Shown in pieces: positions 1-13,200 of a stretch of 64,000 nucleotides of DNA. The position numbers were made by a program, and so were the translations under genes. Origin of the DNA: Phoronis australis (lineage: Eukaryota; Animalia; Phoronida); assembly GCA_002633005.1 (NCBI GenBank), contig NMRA01000109.1:164858-228857 (forward strand), read 5' to 3'. The notes beneath the pieces are model-generated. The model ran no database searches. It was not told where the DNA came from and worked only from the letters and a program-made list of their open reading frames with translations. How positions within the stretch are numbered: the stretch's first letter is position 1; the number at the start of each line of letters is the position of its first letter.

Positions 1-2829
1 CAAGTATTTCACAGATAATAAATGCCTGCCGCATTCTCCTCTGGCCATAACGTTACTTGTTTTCTTTGGGACACCAGCAACCCATTTACAGAAATCATTG
101 TGAACACTTTCTATGTCTTTCGAATATACTGTACCCCATATCTCAGCACCATATAACAATATAGGAGCTACCATACTATCAAACAATTTAAAACATACAT
201 GCGGGGATTTACAATTCACTTTGGTTAAACATGCTTTTAACATGTTCATTGCTTTTCTAGCTTGTAAAGCTGATATTCTACAATTTTCATTCCATTTTAA
301 TCTGCAAGAAAATGTCACACCAAGGTACTTGTAATAAGATTTCGTTTCTACCGATTTCTTATTGTAGAACCACCGTTCTTGTGCCGACAGAGTCCCACCT
401 CGCTTGAAGACAACAATATTTGTCTTATCAAGATTAACACAAAGACTCCAATCCACACAGTAGTTGTGCAATACATTTAATTTCCTCTGGAGACCAGGCA
501 CTGTGTCCGCCACAAGCACCAAATCGTCCGCAAACAATAACGAACTTAATTCACAATCATCACACTTGATACCTCGTCCTCCATTTTCTTTGACCTCTGA
601 CACCAGTCCGCTAACAAAAACAGAGAATAACCAAGGACTCAGTATACACCCTTGTTTCACACCTCTCGTACAATCAAAATAGGGTGTGATTTGACTCTGT
701 ATTCTCACGCACGATTTCACTTCAGCATAAATATTCCTCAGGAGATTGAACACTTTCCCGTGGAGATTATTTTTTAACAAACAATAAAACAGACGTGTAG
801 TTTCTAGGCTGTCAAACGCCTTGCTAAAGTCCACAAAGGCACAGTATATTTTTCCACCTCTTTTTGATAAATTTATGTGGGCCAAAGCTTGTAGAACAAA
901 AATGTTATCCACGGTCGAATAACCCGCCCTAAATCCGGCTTGTTCCTCAGGGATACATTGCATTGCATCCGACCACTCAATCAGCCTTCTGTTTAATATT
1001 GATGTAAATAGCTTGCTTATGCTATCAATTAAAGAAATTCCCCTGTAATTATTTGGGTTATTTTTGTCTCCTTTCTTGTAAATTGGAACGATTATACTCT
1101 TTCTCCAGTTCTCCGGGAATTTTCCTGTCGCCAGTACCTTGTTGAATAGTTTGCATAACACTTCAAGGATCTCACCAGTCAGTGCTTTGAAGAGTTCATT
1201 TGGAATACCGTCTTCTCCAGGGGTTTTGTTGCTTTTAAGTTTATTTATTTCCTGATTGATTTCGGACATGTCAATTTCTTTATTAAGTTGTACCAGGATT
1301 TCATCACCAGGTGTGTTGGCACAGTCATTGCAGCTTTCGTCGTGCTCTCGCATTTCGTCCAGCAAATTATTAAGGAATTCTCTGTTTTCCCGTACAGGCT
1401 CAGTGTTCAAGAGTTTTTCAAAATAGTTATACCATTCCTTCGACGAAATATCCGCTTGTTGAATATTGTTCGGATTTATGATTGACTTCACGTTTGCCCA
1501 GAATATTCTTGGATCTCTCACTGAATCACATAATTTCTTTTCCATTTGTTCGTTATAATTCTTCTTTTTTTCACGACAGGTTTCCTTAAATTGACTTTTC
1601 GTATCAATATAATTACGTAGTGTATCCACACACTTTGTGGATCTGAAAAGTTTCAATAAATTATGTTTTTCTATTTTCTTTTGCTCGCAAACGTTGTCGA
1701 ACCACCTTGGCTGCTGCCTGTTCACTGCGGGTTTATTGCTTATTTTCATGTCAGCGCCGCAAGCGTGGAATAATTCATTTATTAAATTAACTGCTTTGTT
1801 AATATCCATATCGATGGCTGAAGATATTTGGGATAATTTCTCGGTGGTGTCAACGCTGCCCAGTCTATCCTTAAAACTTGAAGATTTGTGTGGCTGCCAC
1901 TTGAGTCGGTGCAATGGGGTTGTTCTGACACTAGTGTTCGATCCGTCTGTATCAGCTTCCGTATGTTCTAGATAACGTAGAGTACACATGATAGGGAAAT
2001 GGTCTGACTGGTCGTAGTTTAATACTTCAAAGTCATTAATATATTCGAACAGAGATGCCTCGGCAATAACATAGTCAATAGTGCTGCATCCTCGAGTGGA
2101 GACGAACGAATAGTTTCCTTCTCTGTCTGAGGGGTATCTACCGTTAACTATGTGCGTACCATATACTGCACAAAATTTGGCAAGTTCTTTGCCAAAGTAA
2201 TTAGATTTCGCATCTTGGTTGTTTCTTGGTTTTTCAAAATTATTTTGAACATAACAACAATCGCTATTGGCAAGGACATTGATATGCGTGATATCGTCAT
2301 CTGGGATGTAGTCTCTGAGTGTAGCTGTCCTTGAGTTAAAGTCACCTGTCAAAATAACCCGTGAGTGGTTAAATTTCCCATTACTCTTTAAGCAGGTAAA
2401 GTCATCCTCGAGACGATCAACACCGCAGTCAGAAATGTCGTGGCTGTAGTATGCTGACCCTTCGGGAGGGAGATAAATAAAACCTATTATTACATCTGGC
2501 TTGTCTGAGCCAGCAAATAAATCTTTCAGATGCAAATATACTCTGTCTTCCAAATTCTCACAGATGCGAGTTATTTTGGTTCCTAAATTGTTCTTTACCA
2601 TTACTGTCACTCCACCAGATACTTTGCCGTTATGTATGTTTCGTACTGATGTGAACGTGGAATAATTTTCTAAGAGATCGCCAAATTCATGCTCTGCTCT
2701 TGCGTGTGATTCAATGAATCCTATGAGGTCGTAGTTTCTAATTATTTTTTTAATTTCTCCTTTGTTTTGTCGTAGCTTACTTTCTAGCCCCCCTATGTTC
2801 CATGATCCTATTTTCATTTCTCTTGTCAT
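1..2829 (-). CDS. LINE ORF2: apurinic-type endonuclease + reverse transcriptase (partial, runs off window)
   Basis: ATG at 2829: MTREMKIGSWNIGGL... (EN motif I). Downstream motifs GDFN, SDHFP, QAGFR, VDFSKAFD, GVKQGCILSP; LLFADDLVL (near 514-540) is in the same frame as the ATG. Absence from the ORF track is consistent with no stop inside the window. Confidence 0.9.
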   Translation of the reverse strand, partial: MTREMKIGSWNIGGLESKLRQNKGEIKKIIRNYDLIGFIESHARAEHEFGDLLENYSTFTSVRNIHNGKVSGGVTVMVKNNLGTKITRICENLEDRVYLHLKDLFAGSDKPDVIIGFIYLPPEGSAYYSHDISDCGVDRLEDDFTCLKSNGKFNHSRVILTGDFNSRTATLRDYIPDDDITHINVLANSDCCYVQNNFEKPRNNQDAKSNYFGKELAKFCAVYGTHIVNGRYPSDREGNYSFVSTRGCSTIDYVIAEASLFEYINDFEVLNYDQSDHFPIMCTLRYLEHTEADTDGSNTSVRTTPLHRLKWQPHKSSSFKDRLGSVDTTEKLSQISSAIDMDINKAVNLINELFHACGADMKISNKPAVNRQQPRWFDNVCEQKKIEKHNLLKLFRSTKCVDTLRNYIDTKSQFKETCREKKKNYNEQMEKKLCDSVRDPRIFWANVKSIINPNNIQQADISSKEWYNYFEKLLNTEPVRENREFLNNLLDEMREHDESCNDCANTPGDEILVQLNKEIDMSEINQEINKLKSNKTPGEDGIPNELFKALTGEILEVLCKLFNKVLATGKFPENWRKSIIVPIYKKGDKNNPNNYRGISLIDSISKLFTSILNRRLIEWSDAMQCIPEEQAGFRAGYSTVDNIFVLQALAHINLSKRGGKIYCAFVDFSKAFDSLETTRLFYCLLKNNLHGKVFNLLRNIYAEVKSCVRIQSQITPYFDCTRGVKQGCILSPWLFSVFVSGLVSEVKENGGRGIKCDDCELSSLLFADDLVLVADTVPGLQRKLNVLHNYCVDWSLCVNLDKTNIVVFKRGGTLSAQERWFYNKKSVETKSYYKYLGVTFSCRLKWNENCRISALQARKAMNMLKACLTKVNCKSPHVCFKLFDSMVAPILLYGAEIWGTVYSKDIESVHNDFCKWVAGVPKKTSNVMARGECGRHLLSVKYL

Positions 2830-2835
2830 TGTTTG

Positions 2836-3591
2836 CTATTGACTGTCGTCCTCTTCATTTGTATCCGTTCTATCTCTGAAGATGTATCTATCCTCGTTGC
2901 AGACAACTTTGTCTATATGATCGTCATACAGGTACATTTTCCTGTTGTTATAAAGCTTATCGAATTTTATTGTGGCTTCTATAAAATTATTGTCTCTTGA
3001 GAACTGCCATAACTTTGATCTAGCGATACGAACCTTCTTGCTGAAGTCTTCAGCCACCGAGTATTGAGTTTCACTCCTTAATTTTCTTTTGCCTTTTAAG
3101 ATCTGCATCTTGTCCTTGAACGAACTCAACTTTGCGATGATTGGTCGAGGTTTGCTAGGGTTCTTGCGACCAATCCTATGGGCCCGCTCAATCTTTACCT
3201 CTGATATGTCGAGGTGGTTATTGACTAGTTCCTTTACTGCAGTTTCCGCTTCTTCCCATGTTTCCGAATTCCCCTCGGGAATGCCGTGAAATATTAGGTT
3301 GTCCCGTCTAGACCTATTCTCTAAATCATCCACCTTGCTTTCCAAGTGCGCCACCTGTTGTCTCAAACCGACATTTTCCTTCTTCATTTCCTTGCATTGA
3401 CGACTTAAGGATTCTATTTTACCAGACAAATCTTCTCTCATTTTCTCAAATTTTGTATTCATTTGTTCCAGTAGTTCTCTATTCGATATATCAGGTGGGT
3501 TACTTTCAGGTTGAGTCATATATGAAGGTAAGGTCCGGTTGCGCAATCCGGTCGCAGGTCCTGCATTAGGTGTGCCTTTACCTCCTGGCAT
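2836..3591 (-). CDS. LINE ORF1 protein (coiled coil + L1-type RRM / Transposase_22-like)
   Basis: 251 aa; DDLENRSRRDNLIFHGIPE, IERAHRIG, RPIIAKL, VAEDFS motifs typical of L1-type ORF1p. Confidence 0.9.
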   Translation of the reverse strand: MPGGKGTPNAGPATGLRNRTLPSYMTQPESNPPDISNRELLEQMNTKFEKMREDLSGKIESLSRQCKEMKKENVGLRQQVAHLESKVDDLENRSRRDNLIFHGIPEGNSETWEEAETAVKELVNNHLDISEVKIERAHRIGRKNPSKPRPIIAKLSSFKDKMQILKGKRKLRSETQYSVAEDFSKKVRIARSKLWQFSRDNNFIEATIKFDKLYNNRKMYLYDDHIDKVVCNEDRYIFRDRTDTNEEDDSQ

Positions 3592-4262
3592 GATTTGCTA
3601 TTGTTACGTAACCTGTATATACACTGTAAACTGAAACAGAGCTCTGACACCTCAGTGTAGGTAACCCTATAGCAGGTTATGGAACTGTCTCAAAGTCGGT
3701 TTTCACTCAGTCTAATGAAGTTTGACCAACCTTCAAGCGTTCTGTAGATGTTGAGTATCACCTTCTTCTGACTGAAGTACACACTTTTACGTATTACCGT
3801 AGTAATTTCTCGTTTTAGTATGAGCGATGTAGATATGCGTTCACAAAAATAGCGCCACCTATCGTCAATAATGTATACACCATAACACTTTGTGAACTTA
3901 GGAATCACAAAAAAGTACATGTAACAAGAAAATTTAAAATTTTCCTTGTGTTCAACTTTTAAACAATACCTCAATCTACAGATTTCTGGAAATGTGCGGT
4001 ACTGCAGACATCTCTTTCAAACATGAGCACAGCGTTCTAGTAGCCTACGCTATCAGATGAATCGCATTTGAATCAGTAGTATATTACACATGTAATATTT
4101 ACAAATCCTTAGCAAACTTTGTTAAAACACGACTAGACTTTGTGTTAGCAAGCTTGATACTGACACGCTAATGATTTCGGAACCGTCTCCTTTCTTCGGG
4201 TTTGCAGGTATGAAGTAAACATCTTTAGCAAAATAATTCAATTATTAATCTATAATCTACAG

Positions 4263-4286
4263 TTGGTCAAAAAGGAGCTTCCATGG
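4263..4286 (+). CDS. Microexon, 24 nt, phase 1-1 (VGQKGASM)
   Basis: ctacag|TTGGTCAAAAAGGAGCTTCCATGG|gtgaat within the conserved cassette. Confidence 0.65.
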
Positions 4287-7200
4287 GTGAATAGTTAGTA
4301 AACCGCTACTTCCCACTAAGAGGGAGAATTTATCAATATCAAGTTGAATTATTATAACCAAATTTAATCGTTTTCAGCAGAATACATCATACACTTTGGA
4401 ATCTCAAAAAGTACAATGTAATTGTGAAATTTTGTCTTTTATTAAAAATACTTAAGCCTACACTTTACTTGCTGAAATTACTGAACGTAACACTAGTCAC
4501 TATAACAAATGTACTCAACTTTTAATACACATGAAATATTTACAAACCCTTAAATTAGCTATTAATCTATGATTTACAGATACACAAACAATTACTGCCA
4601 AGGGTCAGTATTTAGTGCCATATTTTTTGAATAAAAACGAATAAATGCAAAGAGAGAATTCACCAAAATAAACTTGAATATTTGTAACTAAATTCAACTT
4701 ATTTCTAAATAACGGTTACTAAACTTAGCAATCACAAACAGTACATGTACCAGCTTGACGCTTTCGTTGGATTGACCTTTTGAAAGATATTTCAAGCTTC
4801 TGGAAATGTGCAGTACTGCAACTATATCTTCTAAACATGGGCCAAGCGTTCTAGTAGCCTACGCTACCAGATAAAACACTACCCATATCAGTCTTGGGTA
4901 CTCTACTAAGTTACGCACATTCTCATACCGACTACAAGTTGTGGCCTCTACTGACCCATAAACGACACGATCACAAGTCGATATTTAATCATTATCTGAC
5001 TTAGAGGGTGACTGGTATCTCCGTGTGGCTCATCTTACCGTACGTTTCCGTTCTCCTACATGTACGTGCCAACGGGTGTTAAATATTATGTCTCATTCTG
5101 AAAGTAGAGAATCGGTCCAGTTCGGGCTTGGTAAGGATTGTCATTACAGTGTACGTGTCATTATAAGACATGTTCTTTCCTGTTAACACACATGTAATGT
5201 TTACAAATCCTTTACAGAATAATTTAGCTCTTAATCTACATGTATGATTTACAGGTACATGCGCGAAAATTATTTTACCACTGCTTCACACCACGTTCAT
5301 CCAACTGAAATGAGAAAATTCATTAATGAAAAGTTGACTTATTATTGGCAAATTCAACTAATTTCTAAATACTTTCACAACTCAGGAATCACAAAAATTA
5401 GGAAGTAGTCTTGAAGTCGTCTTGTTATTAAATTTTAAGAAAAAAATACCCGAAGCGGCAAATTACTGGAAATTTACGATACTACATTTAAGGGCATCCC
5501 GTTTAAATGTAATGAATACGTTTTTGTAGCGTAAGATAAAACACACTTTAATCACCGAAATACGAGTGTGGGGAGAACTCAGTTTTTCATCTGCTTCTTG
5601 AGGATTAAAAACGAACCAAAAATTACGCCCCGTAAATAACTGTGGAGTATATAAATTGTGCACGTAAAAATTGCGACACTTCTTTTCGTCACTATTAAAA
5701 TTTACTCTACCATAGATACACATGTTTACAAGTCATTGACAGAACAATTTAGTTCTGAATGTTTTATTTACAGGTACTCAAAAAGGTACTCCAAAGGGTG
5801 AGTATTTGAAATACCCAAGTTTTTCACTGAAAACGACCAAATGCAAGGAGAACTTTCATCAGTTTAAACTTGATTAATTCTAGCCAAATTCATCTACTTT
5901 CTAAATACGGTAACACTTTCTGAGCATAGGAGTTACAAAAAGTACATGTTGGCAAGTAAACTTCATATTTTCTTTGTATTGAGTTTTAAACAAATATTTT
6001 AAGTTACAAGTTACTGAAAATGATCTTCTAAATGTGAGCAAAAGGTTTTAGTATAATAAGCAAGCTGTGGCAGAAACACTTCTTCAATCTCCTCCATGAG
6101 GCTGAAATAAGAACAAGTAACACACCTTATATACACTGTAGTAGTGATACGTTTTGCACACACTATACACGTGAAACAGAGTGAATCACACTGACAATAC
6201 ACCTTTCCTTTTCTTCTCAGCTTCGATACTTTCAATGCTAAGGTTTCTGAAAATTTATTGTAATGAATGTTATAGATTCATTAATACCACGAGTATCAAT
6301 AAATGCTACTTTTTAATGGCTGACTAGAACATTGAGAGAATGCAGTGTGTGTAATTTACAGTCATAACGCAACATTATGAAAAGAAGGTGCCACCAGAGT
6401 TAAGACTCTCAATTAGGAAACTGATAATATGTGCTTCATTATTCAATGTAGATGTGTAAAAACACTGAATCTCCTCAGTGAGCCGTGTTGATTTACGTCA
6501 CTCTTTGATAATTCTCATTACCTCCTGTGGTTGGACAACTGGTGGTTCAGTAGATGGTGTATGAGTTGGTTATTCGGACGACGGATCATCTAGTCTATGA
6601 GATGGAAGTTCAGAAGACAGAACACCTGGTTGCTCAGATGGCAGCTTCTGGCAGTTGCTCGATTCCTTCTCACAGTGCCATTGGTTGCCTCAAATTGGAG
6701 CAAACGTGGAGTGTGGTTACAGACCATGCGACCATGTGTATGCAGTTCAGACGATTCTCAGCACTCATGCACTCGTGTTCTGTGACCTGGTGTTGTCTGT
6801 TGCAGTTGTCAGCCATCTCCTCCCGATAACAGGCGTGTGTTCAGTAACGCTAGGACCTACGATAGGACCTAGCTGAAATCTAGCTAAACCTACGTGTTTT
6901 CACTTAAAATACACGGCAATATCTCACCTAATCTCGCGAAGACGTGTTTCTAGCAAGGTCCTAGCGTTATTGAACGGGAGGCTGGTCTCTCTTTTTGTAA
7001 CAACGTCTGGGTCTAGGACATATGGATTTAAAAGGTCTGGGCGGCAAGGCACACTTTGTTTTCAATATGTCACAAATGCTACAATGTCTAGGGATGTATC
7101 CATTTGCCAGTGGATTGTTCACTTATGTTGAGAGTTCCAAGCATACATTTTTGCACTTGTTGAGGATCAAGTTAATAGTCTCGACTGCTCTTTTATGTTC

Positions 7201-10200
7201 ACCACTTTGATTGACGATATCTCGGCGATGATGTCATGTGCTGTCGGTAAAACTCGTGAACTGTTGAACTGAGGCCCATTATCAGAAAACAAGACAAGCT
7301 TGTTGACTGTCTCAGTGTTGTTCACATTGCGTGTCACAATGCAAACCCCAAAATATCTCACCACTAGATGTCAAGTTTGTTGCTTGTAGTGGAAGAAGTC
7401 AAAGCCAGCACTTGACCACGCTCTGTCTGGAAACTGTGTCCCAGCTGCTGCGTAATGCTGCTTCTCTGAAGTATGTGTTTGGTGAAAAAAACAAGCGTGC
7501 ATAAGAAAGCGCAATTTGACTTTTTTGGGGTATACGTATTATTTTTCACTATAGTCGCCGTTTTGCCTTGATCCAAGCCACGTAGTGTTGACCCTCGAAA
7601 CGACAATACATATATGACTTTATACGAGTGGAAGCGAACCGCCTATGTCGGGTAATTTCAACTTGCTGCCACCATCGCATACGAAAATGAATGTCTCTCA
7701 ATGGTTGTTGTGGGAATTCGTGTGGGAATTCAGTGGCATTATTCTTGACTGCAGTCACCCATGAATCAAACAATTGATCTGTATCTCTCCTCCTGTGACA
7801 CCAGAATTCGTCTCGTAGCATGAGTTGAGGATCTCATGTCCCGAAGTTCTCATCAAATTGCTACAAATTTAGTTTTAAGTTAATTGGATCTCCCTCTACT
7901 TTGATTTGAAAGCAGTGAAATATTTCACGCCTTGGTCCCACTGTGATTGAGAAGCATTCTCATCTTCATTTCATCTGAGTTCTTGAACGCCCGATAGCTT
8001 TCAAGTATATTTGGAAGAGTTATTTCCACTTCTCCCAGGTGTGTGACGGGTTTCCATGATTTAAGTTAATCGGGCGGTTCCACACTTGGGACGTTCATTT
8101 GAGGTACAGTTTATACTTGTTTTTATTTTTTCACAAACACGTGTATACACAGGAACAGCACAGTCAGATCCTAATTCCTAACACCATGAAGTGATGGGTT
8201 AAGGTTCTATTAAAACCGCTGGTAACAGTTACTGTTGCTTTACTAATGGGTGACTAGAACTCGAGAGGATACAGTCAGTGTAATTTACAGTTATAACCTA
8301 ACACTTCTAAATAAAAGTGCTAGCACATTCATTGAATCTATTGACAAGCCAAGAACCGAAAAAGAGCATCATGAATTACCACACTAATCCATACATTTAT
8401 TTCAGCCACTTAGAAAACCAGGTAAAAGATATCGTGCATGTTGTTTGTATGGGACTTATTTCTTTTCGGTAGAGTTTCAAAGTATACATTCTTTATACAC
8501 ACTTGTAAATTAGACGAAGTCTAGATATGAACAAATTCCACACACCCTTGTAATTTTTGTATTAATTGAAGCGTTAACGTAACTTGCTGTAATACAGGTT
8601 ATGATGAACTCACTCCGTTTCAGGTACAATCAACTTCGTATTTTTGCTTGGACTGTCAAATTACATGTACACTCAGTTCTGCACACTTCCCAATGACCTA
8701 GAGCGAACCAATGTAACGTAGGTGAAATCCGTATTAATGCCGCACAGAATTTTTCAATTTTTGATGTTTACCTGGTCCAGCTTGAACATGTGTATAGACA
8801 TTCTAGTCGGACTAGTTTCGTTAACATTAGGTAGAAACCAGTAGTGCTTCCTAAACTTTAGTAAACGATGTTAGGCAAAAAACTCAAATGACGTCACCAT
8901 GCTTTGGCCATTGGTGCAGGTGTTTTTCTTCGACATGAAAATTATTACGGTCATATTGTTTCCATAATCAACTTGCAGTCAATTCCCAAAATTTCTCCTT
9001 TTTTCATATATTGTGTCTCATGTCTTTCATTTTGTAGTAAGAACGGTTCTACATAGGGATTGTTAGAGGATGCTTATGTTATACGTAGGTTGATGGATTT
9101 ACTGAAAATTGCACTTATCACAATGACAAATGTATACGGCACTTAATACACATGCAATCTTTAGATATTTTTAACAAAACAATTCTGAATCTATGATTTA
9201 CAGGTACTCAAAGAGGTACTACCAAGGGTGAGTGCTTAATACCAATTGTTTCTTAATAAAAACGACCAAACTCTAAGAGAGAACGCATCAATATAAACTT
9301 AAATAATCCATGCCAAATTCAACGTTTTTCTAAATAATTCTGTCTGAACTTATTTGTAAGTATCACAAAAAGATCATATAGCAAGTCAACATGAAATTGT
9401 GTTACAATGAACTTTTATAAAATACTTTCAACTACGAATTACGATACTGCTAAGTGCGAAGGAAACGTGTACTCAATCTACTCCCTGGAGATGAAAGAAA
9501 AAACACGACTTTACGCACCGTATATAATTGTGACTTTCTGTACACACGAAAATCAACGCAAGTCCAGCAGAAATTTCCTCTTTTCGTTTCTTCTCAGTCA
9601 CTGTGCACTCTCAATGTTAACATTTTTGCACATGTTTAATCATATTGGCAAGCCTGGAACAGAAAAAGAAGTATCATACTTTACCACACCAATCCACATG
9701 TTTTTGTCGGTCATTGAGAGAAACACGTGAAAAATAGCGTGCATCCCGTTTATATGGCACTAATTTCAGTTCGGTAGAGTTTCAAATCGTTCATTATTTA
9801 TATGCACTTTTGACTTAGACACAGTCTAGGTATGGACAAATTCTACACTTTATGGTAGTTTTGGTAGTAACCGAATCGTTAACGTAGTTGTTGTAACGTT
9901 GGTGATGATCAGTTCACTGAGTTTTAGATTCAGTCAACTATGTGTCTTTGCTTGGACTTTATTTTACAGTTTGAAATATGACTCAGTTCTTCACAGTTCC
10001 CTATGACGAGGGGCGATACAGTGTAACGTACGGGATATTCAGATCAATTATTCACAGAATATTATCATTTTCTCAATGTTTACTTCGTCCAGCTTGAACA
10101 TGCACGTAGACAATCACGTTGGACTGGATTCGTTAACTTGAGCTCGGAACCAACACTGGGTCCTAGATATGAATGACGATGTTGGACAGAAAAATCCAAA

Positions 10201-13200
10201 TGACGTCACTATCCTTTGGTCACTCTTACAGGTGTTTTTGTTCTCCACGAAACGTATTGCGGCATCGTTGTTTTCATAACTGATTTGGAATAATTTCCCT
10301 GCATGACACCTCTTTTCATATGATGTGTCACATTCTGCAGTGTAAACTGAGTTCACATTGGGATTGGTAGAGATTGCTAACACCACCGTGGGTTGCTGGA
10401 ATTACTCAACAGTCCACTTGTCACAATGACAAATTATACACCACAATTACTAAAAATGCAATGTTTAGAAATATTTAACAGAACAATTAATTCTTTATCT
10501 ATGATTTACAGGTACTCAAATAGATCCTGCCACGGGTGAGTATTTAATATTGCACTGTCTCTCAATTAAAACGACCAAATAGAAAATGAGAATTCATCAA
10601 TAAAATCTTGAATAATTCTTATCAGATTCAACTTATTTCTGGATAATACTGTCTGCACTCAGGTATCACAAAAAGTACATGACACAACACAACTTGAAAT
10701 TTTCTTTGCATTGAGGTTTCAGAAAATTCCTCAGCTACCAATTACTGGTAATATACAGTACTGCTAAAGTCTCTTCCAAATGTTATCTTACGCACTTCAT
10801 GAAGCGCCTTCGAATCAACAAAATTAGAGTGAAGTTGTTCAATCTCCTCCTTTCGAATGAAAGAAAAACAGGAAGTTACACACGGTATATAATTCTACAC
10901 ACTACACACTGCACAAATAAAACAGGACGAGTTCCGCGGACGCTTCCTCGTTTCTTTCCTTTTAAATCTTCGTACACAGTCTATGCTGACATTCCTTAAC
11001 ATCTCTTAAATGAATTGACAAGCCTGGTACAAAAAGGTTGCCATATTTAACCACAGCAATTGATACATTTTGTTTGCCAGTTAGAAATTCAAGTGAAATA
11101 TAACGTAAAGTCCGCATGTATGGCACTTATTTCTGTTGGGTAGAGTTTCAAAATGTGCGTTTGTATCCTAAATAAAGTCTAAGTATGGACAAAATCTACA
11201 TTCTGTAGTAGTTTCCATAGTAATTGAAGCTTTAATGTTAATAGTGAAACGCAGGATCTGAGTGACATCAGTGCCAAATTTTAAAGAACATGGGGTTGTT
11301 TTTACGCTCCCTCGACCGCCACGACTACTTCGACCCACGACCCCTCAACCCACGATCCCATCGACCCAAGGCCCACAACCCCATCGACCTTGTCCACACA
11401 AGCTAGACTAGATTTGAAGACAGAACAAGTACTGACTGGCAACGAGTCTTTTTCTGATTTATTACAATTGAGAGTCGAATCTGCAAGTTTGAGATTCAAA
11501 AACATAAAAAACGCGACAAAATATTATCAAAGACCTACCAACGTAATAGATGACGTTCCCGGCTAGGTGTAATAGTCTCGTCTGCTGTTCAGTGGTTTTC
11601 AGGCTCAAGCTTTTTTGGAGAGTGCGAGGAACTGGCGGATATGTAATTTCTTCAGAAAATACAGTTTGAAAAAATAAACGGTTAACTAAAAGTATGTCAA
11701 CGTTACATGGCGTATGTTGTAAACCAGCACAAAACAGAGAAATTATGCCCTCTCACGTTAACGTGATCTCTTCCTAAGTGTAGTAGAACAGGGTCATTGG
11801 TAGCCGCTAGTGGACCTATTTCCGTGACAACAGTGGCACACCCACAACTCTTTATTTCAGAGTTCTCAAGCAATTTTCTGTTTTAAAGCACCTGGCTTAA
11901 GCCAGAGCAGATTCGCGTATAAGTAAGTGTTATGCTAAAGTCATTCAGCTACGTAACATGATTATGAAATGTGTAAAAAGCGCAAAACCAACCTATTGCC
12001 ACAGATAATGGGTCAAAGGGGGGTTGTTGGTCCTGGTAGGCGAAGTGGGTCGAGGGGGTCTTGGAGTGTGGGGGTCTACGGGGCTTTGGAGCAATTGAAA
12101 CTTTTGTGCTGATATACCTTCATCTATTGTCTGCAAAATTCCCAGTGTAAGCACTGGAACCTCTACTTTCCCATCTATTTGGAAGCGTGCCAGAGTCATT
12201 CATCTCTTTAAGAAGGGAGTCTTAATGACTGTCATACTGATCTCAATTCTTCCTTCACTCTCTAAAAGTCTGTTGAGGAACATGCACAATCACATTTTGT
12301 ACCTTTTGCTGACCTCAATTTTATTCTAGACTCTGAGTCTGGATATAGTGTCAGACAGCTCTGTTTTCAATATCTAACAACTGGTATCACCGGTTGGATT
12401 GTGGCAATTTTGTGTGGAGTCTTATACCTTGATTTTCGTAAAGCATTAGACCCCGAAGTCCCGACACTGATTTAACCGAACTTTATGGCTGCTCTGACAG
12501 ATGGTGTGGAGATTAATGACTGTCTCTCCTGGAGCTGCCAAATCTTACATGTCTGTTAACAGCTGCGGTATCATTTTTTTAGTCGCGAAGACTTCGACCA
12601 TTTTAGACACATCATGCTCATTAACATTTAATGAATTTTATATTAATCCTACTTTAACTTATTGTTTTCCAATACCGTGTAATATTCCTCATGAAAATAT
12701 TGATCAAATTGTTAACTTACAAAAGAGCTGCAAATTTTCTAACTCCATCATTAGATATGTTTAAAGATCTAAGGTGGTTACCATCCCAAAGTTTTCATTT
12801 ACCATCGGGTACTTTTCATGTATTTAACTCAATAATTTCAGACATGTCCCTGATGTCCATCAAAGAAATACCCGTGCACCAACCTTTACGAGCTACTATT
12901 TACGTATTATTAAAACTAAATCTTGTCAAACTAATTGAGTTCCGTACCAATCACCATTCAAAATTGTACGTCATTATCCCTTATAAAACCAGTTAAATCT
13001 TTTCCTAGTATGTAAATTTCAATACATTTTAATTTTAATCTAATTTAACAGAACAAATTACTCCTTAATCCATGATTTACAAGCACTCGCACAGGTGCTA
13101 CCTGAGGTGTGTATTTAAGAGAATTCGTCAAAATCAATTTGAATAAATCAAGCCAAATTCAGCTAATTTCTAAATAATTATTTCTGAATTTAGGAATCAC

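Larger units (their letters stand above)
1..3875 (-). mobile_element. Non-LTR retrotransposon (RTEX-like, RTE group), apparently intact; 3' end beyond window start; inserted in the microexon array
   Basis: ORF1 (2836-3591) followed 6 nt later by an EN-RT ORF2; 5' UTR to about 3875, where the host microexon-cassette sequence (CTTAGGAATCACAAAAAAGTACATG) resumes. Clade assignment is inference from the RT motifs. Confidence 0.9.

Noticed and set aside
113-3289. Short ORFs overlapping the first LINE (e.g. 113-334, 1637-1975, 2148-2345, 3089-3289)
   Set aside because: Antisense or alternate-frame shadows of ORF1/ORF2.
8624-9941. Paired 14-nt AG..GT segments in the 1.3-kb units (GTACAATCAACTTC, ATTCAGTCAACTAT)
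   Set aside because: Not multiples of 3 and weak donors; would break the frame.
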